Shown: positions 12,502 through 23,424 of the stretch, piece after piece
Numbering within the stretch: the stretch's first letter is position 1
Layout: the number at the start of each line of letters is the position of its first letter
NCBI RefSeq assembly: GCF_009914755.1
Contig: NC_060925.1
Reading direction: 5' to 3' (one strand)
DNA length: 64,000 nt
DNA from: the human T2T-CHM13v2.0 reference genome, Homo sapiens
Notes under the pieces: model-generated
Seen by the model: only the letters and a program-made list of their open reading frames with translations
Databases searched by the model: none
Told to the model about the DNA's origin: nothing
Position numbers and translations under genes: made by a program

Positions 12502-13989
12502 GCTCTCCTGATGATTCCAGAAGGCCCCTCGGACTGAGAATCACTGACAACCTCACTCCTCAGGAGACACGTTTCCCCTAACACTCCATCCCCACCACTG
12601 GGTTTCTCCACATGCACTGGTCTTCATTTGTTGACATATTTCTTGGGAAATATACTCTTTACTTTTTTGATGTGGAACGTGTGTCTCCTTAGATTACGAG
12701 CTAATTGAACGCCATAAAATATTTTTTGAGTTTTCTTCCAATTCCTTGTCTAGTTTAGTGCTCAGTTCAAAAAATAATGAAAAAATTACTTTAACATTTT
12801 GTTATTCTGCACAGAAAGTCAAACTGCCAGAGACTTCCACTGCTCTGCTTACTAATGGTGTGACCTTAAGCAAGTTATTTTACCTTCCTGAGTTTCCATT
12901 TTCTTCACCTTTAGGTAAAAAAATAAATTCTACCTTACAGGACTTTGTGGGAACAACTCACCACTCAATGCATGGAGAGTAACATGCAAGACAGAAGGTG
13001 TGTGCTGGCCCACACTGTGCTTCTGGTCTTTTCACTGCCTCCCTCCTTCCTAGTGATCATTTATAGAGCAGATAACTGAACTGAATCCCACCCCAGTGAT
13101 TTCCAGTATGTTTTTTTCACTTTTAAACTTCAGGAATTTTTCTTTTCAAAGAAAGGTTACATTCAAACACTACAACCTTTAAAAAAAAAAAAAAATCAAG
13201 GCAGGGCTGTTTTGATTGAACAGCAAAAGGAGCCTGGGGACCCTCTGGCCTGAGACCACATACTGTACTCAGGATACAGCCCCTTCCAGAGAGTTTTAAG
13301 TGGTGACTCTGGGGACTGGGCCCTAAATCTCTTGGGGATGAGCAATATCCAACCTCTGCATGACTTCCAGGAGGGTCTGGGAGGCTCCCAGTGAGCCCCT
13401 ACTGCTGACAGGAGCGGGTCTCATTCCTCAGGTGAACTAGGAAGGAGGGAAGGAAGCATGGTGAGCACCGCTGTTTCAATCTGACTTTGCATCATGAAAT
13501 CGTTGAGTCTGGCTGTGGAAGATCCTGTGCTTCTTGCTGTAGAGACTGAACATAGTTGGCCTGTTCCTCTCTTGGCTGGCTGTCCTTCTGGAAACATTTT
13601 ATATGAGCTGGGCTAGTCTTGAAGCCAGCAGGAGGCACTCTAAACACCAGATGCCCCTTGGCATTCCCGAGAGGGTCTTTCCTCTTATATCTTTACTGGA
13701 CAAGCAGCTGGTAACCAGGGACATAAAAAAGGCCAAACTCAATGAATGCGTTAAGGGCCTTGACAAGAACGCCAGGCCAGCTCCAGTCTGTCGTTTGCAT
13801 GCCATCAGCAGTGATATGGGAGCCTCACTTCAGCACTTCTAAGGAGATGGGCTGTCTTGGCTCTTTAAATCTTTGCAGTTTAGGGCCTATCTTTATCTGC
13901 AATTCCACAAATCCAAAAGTGCTGAAAACCAAAAGTTTTTTCACAAGCTTGATGCAAATTCATGTGATGACAAAACCTAATGTGAACTG

Positions 13990-14373
<384 letters not shown>

Positions 14374-14853
14374 TTATTTATAAAGACTACATTTATTCCT
14401 ATATTTACAGTGTAAACAGTCATAACTTTTGCTGTGTAAGTATTAATGTGTTCGTGGGAACTTAATGTGTTTGTTTGTCATGGATCTTGCTGGGAATATA
14501 ACATAATATATGGTAGATCCCTTTCTAAAACATAAAAACATTCTGGCCTCAAGGGTTTCAGGTAAGGAATTATGGACCATCACTTAATTCCTAAAGTTGT
14601 AAAACCTTTGTAACTGACTTCTAGATAACTTATAGTTAGTAACAGCTTACATCAATCATCAAATCTAGCTATCGCTAATAAAAAGATTAATAAAAGTGGT
14701 TGTCATTTTCCCACTTGGCAAGATTTTTTCATTGTGGTCAGGGCTACATACTGGGTACAGATGATGTTAGGAGATAATGGCAAGAAAGTTGCAAACTGTA
14801 CATTTCAACATCTTCTTGTCAATTGAAAGCTCCTTGAAAGCATGCTCTATGTC

Positions 14854-15409
14854 TGTAGCCAGGCTCCAAGATGATCGTCCCTTCTAGTATTCACTCGTAT
14901 GTAGTCCCTTCCCACACAGTACCAGGGCTGGTCTGTGTGATCAACAGCATACTGAAGAAGTGGTGATACAGCACTCCTGAGGTTAGGTAGAACACTGCTG
15001 CTTCTGTCTCTCTGATCACTTGCCCTGGAGGAAGCCTGCAGCCAGGCCATAAGGACACTCAGGCACTGGGTATGGAGAGGCCCACATTGGCAAAAACGGG
15101 AAGCCTCCAACCAACAGTCAGTGAGGAACTCAGACGTGTCCACAACCACATGGGTGAGCCAGGAAACTGATTCCCTAGTCACAGCTGAGTCTTGAGGTGA
15201 CTGTGGCCCCAGCAGACAGCTCAACTGCAATCTGATGAGAAACCCTGAACCAGAGCCATCCAGTCTATGATGTTCCCAGATTCCTGACCCTGAGGCAGTG
15301 TGAGATAATAAATGTTTGCTATTTTAAGCTATGAGATAATAAATGTTTGCTATTTTAAAGCTCCTAATTTGTGGGATAATTTCTTATGCAGCAAGAGATA
15401 ACTAATACA
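14854..15409 (+). mobile_element. MLT1-family (ERVL-MaLR) solo LTR
   Basis: TGTAG..ctccaagatg start; gataataaatgtttgc..ttttaag; ends gataactaataca. Confidence 0.75.
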
Positions 15410-16519
15410 GCATCATTCATCTTTATGTCGTCAGAATCTAAAAAAAAAATACCTGGGCACAAATTGGGTGCCAAAATCAGTATTTGCTGAATGAAGAGCA
15501 AATGAATGGAGGAAACTCAATCTGCATCAGAAGACTTGAATTCAAAATATGTAACATTCGAGAATAGAAGGGAACAAGTAAGTTTTCTGACTCAATGACT
15601 TTTAAATGTGAAATTGGATTTAGTGCAGTTACTTTCTCTTAAAGTTCATTTGCATGGAGGTGAAAAAAGGTTTCACTAAGTTGCACCTGGTACACTTGGG
15701 GACTGCACTTACGCTGGCACACTCGATCGACACTCTCTCTGATCTCCAAGCAAGTACCATGCTCCCGGGAAAGCACACACTTGAGAAAGTTACAGAAAAG
15801 CAACCTTCAGCCAAGAACATTCTTCCCCAAGTGAAGCTACAATGATCACTTGATAATCTACAATCGCACTGCTTATAATCCAGGAAATATCTTAGATCGC
15901 AGTGAATTTGACGGGAGTAAAATTTACTTTTTTAAATCAGCCAGATGTCCCATCTGTACATTTCTCTCATTTTGAGGTAAGTAGCCTTTAGCATCTTTGT
16001 ATAATTTTATTCAGGCAGACAATATCTTTTTACACACCTTTCCTCCCCCACCAAAAAGCTGCTCCGCGACAGTAGCTGAACCTAAGTGCACCATGGAGCA
16101 CAGTTTTTTCTCTCTATGGTCCCTTAGCTCAAGGTTCTAGTTTTAAAGTGTAAAAAAAGAGATGCTGCAGTTCCGAGTACAGTTAAAAACAAAAAACAAA
16201 CAAACAAAAAAAACGGAGAGAGAGACTAATAAAGACTGTGAGACACCTGAAAGCAGGTACTAGGTCATGTATGTATTTTTACCCCCAGCACCTCAGCAGA
16301 AGAGTTGGTATCTAATGGAACCTCAAACATGTGTACTGCATGAATGTTATCTTTATTGTAGTAAAGGGTATATTCTTGAATCCATTCCTGGCCTTCTTTC
16401 AGTGAATCAAACAGATACATTTTTTTTTTTTTTTGCTACCTCGGGACCTTTGGACATGCGTGGAATGTCCTGCCTCAGCCCCTTCTTAAACGGTGGTAAA
16501 TGGGAGTAAATGGTATCAT

Positions 16520-17200
16520 ACTAAGGCCCTAGCAGGAAGTCTGGGAGTCATCTTTAACTCTCTCCCTTACTTTTCCATGACTAATTCATCATCAAGTCTT
16601 ACTGCTTTTAACTCTGAAAATATATCTGGAGAATCTACCATCTTCTCTCCTTCTGCCCCTGCTGCATCCCAAGCCCTCATTGGTTTCCATTGGGACCACT
16701 CTAGGAGTCTCCTATCTGGATGCTGGCTTCCACTCTTCCTGCCTCTAGTCCATTCTCCACTTGGCAGCCCGCAGGATTGTTTTAAGAATGTAAATTGAAA
16801 GAAAATTCTTCCCTACTTAAAAGTCTTCCTTTTCCTTTTGAATAAAGTAAAAAATGTCTTACCTTGGTCTTCAAGTCCCTGCTGGTCTGACCCTTACCTG
16901 CTACCCCGCTCTAATTTTTGTTACTTCCTCACCACTACCATGTAGCCATACTAGCCTTCTTTCAGTTAACCAAACATTACTCAAACATGACTCCACCTCT
17001 AGGGAGTGATTTTCCTAATTATTCTGCCAAGTAGGGATTCATCCCTAACAGCTACCCCTTGTTATTCTCTATTAATGTATGCTGTTTACTTCCTTCAGAG
17101 CCTTTATCATCACAATTTGTAATCATATTTGTCTGTCTCCCAGATGGCCTGTACACTCTAGAAGGACTCTGGGACTATTTTCTTAACAACTGCATTTGTG
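16520..17200 (+). mobile_element. L2 relic (3' region)
   Basis: ctgggagtcatctttaactc, cattctccac..gcagcc motifs typical of L2. Confidence 0.55.
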
Positions 17201-17357
17201 CCTATTAGGCATTACCCAGCAGGGTCTGAGACACTGCAGCCACTTGAGAATGCAATGGGCACACGTAAGTGAAGGACATGTCACCCACGGGACAGGAGGG
17301 GAGGGAGCTGGGGGTCACCCTGTCTCAGAGGCACCTTCCTGTAGCCCCGGCACTTAC

Positions 17358-17475
17358 TTGCTGACAAGCCACTGCTAGCACTCATGGAGCGGCCTGGCTC
17401 AGGGCGGGATTTGGTGATAGATGGAATACTGACTGAGCCACTGAATACTGTCCGACTTTCCTGAGGCCGAGGGTT
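17358..17475 (-). CDS. CDC42BPA: CDC42BPA exon (118 nt): NPRPQESRTVFSGSVSIPSITKSRPEPGRSMSASSGLSA
   Basis: tttatag|AAC acceptor, CAA|GTAAGT donor. Confidence 0.96.
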
Positions 17476-19018
17476 CTATAAACAAAAGCGAGAGAGACAT
17501 CCTTTAGCCAGAAAGAAACTGATTTTTCTGCAGAGATGTCTATTTTTCACTATAATTACCAAGAAATAAAATCATCTTGACCAGAATGACACAGAGTAAG
17601 GAATGGCAGATTATATAGTCTTTCCCACCCACAAAAGTAATAAAACCCTAACATGAAGTAAATCTCATCCTAATCAGGAATAAGTACTTATACTTACTGA
17701 AATACTTATCAGTAAAAAACAGCATTTTTTTGTTTGTAAACACAGTAAGTAAAAGCTATATGGTTAGATGTGACAGTGAATTGTAGAATTACATGGACAT
17801 TTGCCGATAACTGAAAGCTTTTACTATGTATGACATTTTTATTTGCTTAACAGCTGATACGTCCATTTGGAGAAAATTCTACTAAAATTATATTCTTCTC
17901 AAGAAAATGTTTTATTGATGTGATACCAAATGTGCCATTTATAAGTTCACACCCCAGTCACCAGGCATCTTTACTGACTCACACCAATAGTAGTACTGGG
18001 ATTAGAAATAAGACGCTGCAATACTCACAACCTAGGTGAAGTTAGTTAATTTGGGAATATTAGTTTGAAAACTAATTTCTGATGTAAATGGTCTGGATTT
18101 GATTTCAAAGAGTTTATAAACAGGTTTATATACATTTACTTGGAAGATTTACCTACTCCTTATTGATATTTCCATTTAATTATTGAATGATTTTAGTGTG
18201 TGAGGTAGGAAAATAGGCCACAGAATGTTTTGCAAATCACACACGCCTAAAGGATAGCCACATAGGTGGTGTGCAGGGTGAGCTGTCTGATTACGGTTGA
18301 GAACAGAAAGCATGCTGCCTCCCCAAAGGCCCCAATCTTTTTCAGACCAGGAGGATGAGATGTTGGGGCTGACACAAGTCCAGAGGAGGGAAAAATATTT
18401 TAATATTCTTTATAAATCCTGGAGAAGACAAATTACATATACCATGTTATTAACATCTTTTAACACTCATAAGGCTTTTCTCCATTTCTTCACATAATCC
18501 CAGCCTCATGTAAGCATCTTCTGATGCAAATGGTCTGGATTTGATTTCTTACAATTTATAAACAGATTTATATGTATTTACTTAGAAGATTTATCTACTC
18601 CTTATTGATTTTTCTTTCATAGCTACAAAAATGATGGTAATCTTACTAGCCTATTGTCAGCCAGCCTCTCCTTCATTGGCTGTTTGTGAGGGTGTGCCAT
18701 AAAGGCAGCATGGTGGCTGTGAGCACAGGCTATGGAGGGATTTGGCCCACTACTCACATCTGTGCTGCACAGCTGACTGACAGCAGGGCTTGGGGTTGCT
18801 AAACTCTGTGCCCCAGTTCCCTCAGCTGTATTATGAGGATAAGAACTGCCTCCTGGGGCTTGTCTGAGGATGAAGCTAATTACACTAGCAAAAAGCAAGC
18901 ATGTAGCCCAGTCCCACTATGTGCCTTTCTTTCCTCATGAGTATGAGTAACAACCTCATACAGCCATCTGCAGTATCACTTTCAAACCTCCTTTTAGTCA
19001 CATCGAAACAGCCATTCT

Positions 19019-19314
19019 GGCCAGGCACGGTGGCTCAGGCCTGTAATCCCAGCACTTTGGGAGACTGAGGTGGGCAGATCACGAGGTCAGGAATTCGAGA
19101 CCAGCCTGGCTAATATGGTGAAACCCCGTCTCTACTATAAATACAAAAAAATTAGCTGGGTTTGGTGGCACATGCCTGTAGTCCCAGCTACTCGGGAGTC
19201 TGAGGCAGGAGAATCACTTGAATCTGGGAGGTGGAGGTTGCTGGAGGAGCCAAGATCACGCCACTGCACTCCGGCCTGGGCGTGCACTCACTCTGCAGAG
19301 TGAGACTCCGTCTC

Positions 19315-19352
<38 letters not shown>
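19019..19352 (+). mobile_element. AluS with (CAA)n tail
   Basis: Alu consensus; ~13 CAA units at 19314-19352. Confidence 0.93.
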
Positions 19353-21764
19353 CCCCCCAGCAATTCTGCTTGGTGGTGGGGGGATCACAAATTTTACATG
19401 TGTTAAACAATACCTTAACTCTATAATGGAAATGCAATGAAAAAAAATCACACATTAAAAGCAGTAAAAAATTCAAGTTTTGTGACTTTTCCAAAGGATC
19501 AATTTGTTAAGTAAAGCCAAATAGTTTAATTCCAAGTTAAACTATAACATGCAACTTTCCTTTGAAAACAGATGTTCTCTTCATAGAATGCTATAGGCTA
19601 CCATTACTATAGGGTAATCCTTTATCTTTTCTACATCATCAGAAAATCACACAGATAGTAATAGCCACTAAGACATAACAAGATGTGACTGGAAGATATA
19701 TTTATTAACCTGGTGTTCTCTCAGTGCTAACTAGTTCATTAAAATTGTTTGCTTTTTTTCTGATTATAAAGGTAATACTCATGAACTGTAGAATATATAA
19801 TGAAATTATAAGAGACCAAAAAAGTCACCTGTGAATTCACCAGATACTAATAACAATTTGATGTGTTTCCTATCTTTTCTTCCAACATAATTTAAGAGTT
19901 GATGATACTGTATCATGCTATTTTCAAATGCAACAGAACACCAAGCTAACTAGTGTATTTTTAAAAAAATGTTACAACTGTCTGCCTAATTTTGCTGTTT
20001 CAAAAACACAATCTTTTCTCATCATTTCGGGCTCAGAAAATATTACTCTTTCTTCTAGTAGCTTAACATAGAGAATACAATAGGGAAATTTATCCACATA
20101 CCTGCCATACATTGATAAACTTTGTGGTATGACTTATGTTTATTCATGACTTATGCTATTTAACGTTAATAGAAATCTATCTTACCTAAATGGTTTTACA
20201 AGTTTCAGCAAGAGAAAAGGCCTAAATGCTTAAACTACATTTTACATATTTTACTAAACGTCCTCATACTTGCCCTTTAAACATAGAAACCCAGGGGAAC
20301 ACTGTTGGTAGGCACACCCTCCTCCACACTCACCACCTCAGGGTCCTCAGCTTTTGGGCTGACAGTTCAGTTTGTCCTGGTTATAAGCAGGCATATGGTT
20401 CCCTAGCCTCAGTTCTTTAGTCATCTTATAATTTCTTATACTGACTGTTATTACAACAACACTAAACTCTCCAGCACCTAAAATAGTTAGGTGCTGAAAG
20501 ATATTTGCTGAATAAATAAATGGAAAATGAATAGATTATATCTGCAATCCTAATTTTCTAATTTGAGTATTGAGATTAATTCAGTTGGCAATGTAATTTC
20601 AAAATATGATCCTTTCTGTAAAACAGTGTTTAGTTAATATTGATTTGAAGTTACAGGCCTGTGTGTGTTTTAAAGATACAAAATAACATTTTATGCAAAC
20701 ACTTAAAAGATGACTATCTTCTTTGCTATAATATGGTATAGATTAAATAATTTAACACAGAATACAATGAAATCAGCACAAATACTTAAGGCTTTTGAGG
20801 TTAAAAGAAACAAGCAATAAAGAAATGTACTAATGTGGCTAAAAAATATTTTTAAGTTATAATAAAAGTCTAGAACTGGAAACTGAGTTCCCAGTTGCCA
20901 TGCAATTGTGAAACTCACTCCAAGGAGAGGTTAGAGCTCAGAGAAAGTTTGCAGCACTGAGCTTTCCTACATGCACCTGAAATGCCTGAGAAAAGGTTAT
21001 GGCAAAACAACTAAAAAAGGGCCAAAGCCAGCACTCAGGAAAACATGCATTAATACCACTTGAAAAGCTCCAAAGCATACATTTTGAAGAATCGCACATA
21101 CTGAAAGTTGGCAACTAGTTGGCCCCAAATTTAACTGCTGCCATCTACATGCCATCTACATCAATTTGGTTCATCTACCAAATTTGCAAAGTCCATGTAA
21201 TTCTTGGTGCGTTATTTAAAGCAAATGCTTTTTTTTTCTCTAAGAAAATAAAAAAATTAAAATGGAAATAGTCAATGCTAGCAATTCAACAGACACATAT
21301 ACAAGAGCAACCCTGTAAGACGCAAGCAGCATGTGAACAATGCAGCAAAGAAAAGCTCAAAGGAGATGGGAATATCCGTTTCAGGCTATACATTTTTTTA
21401 TTGTTTTTCTGTAAACCTTAAGATACATTGATGTTGTCCTTTCCTATAAAACAAACCTATCCTAGAATAAATAGCAAAAATTAAGGCTACAAACTGTATC
21501 TGAAACTTAGTAACAACTTAGTAGCTTTATTACTTAGGCTGAAGTAATAAAGGAATGACAAAAAAAAGTTTTGTTAAAAAACAGTTTATCATTCAGTCCG
21601 CTAGAGTTAAATAAACTTCATTATAAAGTGACAAGTAACCTAAGCCTCTGGTCCTTTCAAGGTACAAATATGTATAAGATTAGGGTGAGACTTTCATTTG
21701 ATGGCACAGTATTTCTAGTTATAGATGACTAACTAAAGCAACATTTCCATGGTCTTTTATATGA

Positions 21765-22085
<321 letters not shown>

Positions 22086-23238
22086 TGATTAACATATACA
22101 AAATTCCTCTGGAATCCACTCCCTGCAGTCTAAGCAAACTCAGGCTTATTTTATCGTGGTTAATTTAATTTTGTCAGATAAGATATTTAAGTGATATAAT
22201 AATTTAAATGTCAGTAACATTTAAAACATTATAATTTAGAATAATTTTATAATACAAACAACAAAAAATAAACTTCCCATCCTACAGCTAATTTTCTAAT
22301 TGGAAAATTTCTACATATATAAATACAAAAATTGATCTACTATTGTTGTAAGTTAGGGGACATTATGGGAAGTGGTTTGCATGATACAATATAAACATTT
22401 TATTACCTGCAAAACTAACTTCAGAAAATGTTCCCTTGAAGTTACTGTAAGCATACACCACTTGATGGACATATGAATATTCAGCTTTAATGGCCACCAG
22501 CTCTCCACCCTACTGCAAAGCCACTGGTAGCAAAAATACAAGCTGAATGGAAGAGACCAACAGCAGCTGCCACAATCCTTCAGAATACAGCATGCTTTTT
22601 AAATTTTCCTCTTTCTTTGCTTTAGTTTTCTTACCTTGGATCCTGGTTGGAATTACATGCATTTCAGTAACTCAAAGATTAGTAAAATCTAACTTATTTT
22701 TGGAATTTTTGTTACTCATTAATATTAATTTTTTAACTTTTCACTTTGGAGATTTTTAAGCTTTTCAAAAAGGGGTTTATTGTAGATAGGTCTGTGGATG
22801 GGTTCTACCACAGACTTTAACCTCACTAAATATAAAACATTTCACTGAATTGAACTGGTTATAGGGTAAGGAGCTAAAAAATTCAGAAATTCTGGGAGCC
22901 CTTTCCTGTTTGTTTTAACAGAATAGAGAGCTATTTCTTACAATGGGAAAAACTTTTATTAAACATAGATAAATCTTTAATACTGTGTTTCAAAAATGAA
23001 AATTGAAATCTTCCCTATTCCTCCATCTTCTTCCTCAAAAGAAGAAACAAAATAGAAATGGGAAAGAAGAGGAAGATACATGGAGGAAGAGGAAGAGGAG
23101 AAGTTTGGCAGAAGAGAAATAGGCCAAAGGAAAAGGTTCACAAGATGGCACCATTTCAGCGGTGTTACTTATTAAGCCAGGCAAAAGGAAATCCATACAT
23201 GGTTAGTGAAAGTTAACACCTGACTCAGCTGTTCATAC

Positions 23239-23424
23239 CCTCAGAGTCATAAAGCTTGGTGTACCAGGGACAGAGCGCAGAGACGGGGAATATTCAGGGT
23301 TTATGGAATCAGGAGAGAGAAATTTTTCAGCAGAATTAACAGTCATGTGATAGATGTGTTCAAAGTTGATCGGAGAGGAGATCAGACCGGAGTGATGATG
23401 AGGGGATGGATAAGGGAAACCTGG
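23239..23424 (-). CDS. CDC42BPA: Alternative cassette exon (186 nt, phase 0/0) encoding a second CRIB: PGFPYPSPHHHSGLISSPINFEHIYHMTVNSAEKFLSPDSINPEYSPSLRSVPGTPSFMTLR
   Basis: tctttcttttgtttttgatag|CCA acceptor, AGG|GTATGA donor; 62 codons without a stop; ISSPINFEHIYHM fits CRIB. Confidence 0.88.

Noticed and set aside
19218-19494. polyQ, polyN, polyL and polyV ORFs
   Set aside because: Frames of the (CAA)n Alu tail
20472-20496. 10-bp hairpin CAGCACCTAA...TTAGGTGCTG
   Set aside because: Explained by the stem-loop-forming 3' end of an L2 relic
22635-22688. 54-nt possible exon ending at a strong CAAG|GTAAGA donor
   Set aside because: Upstream acceptor lacks a pyrimidine tract and phase 0 has a stop; insufficient support, though the donor is worth including in a junction search
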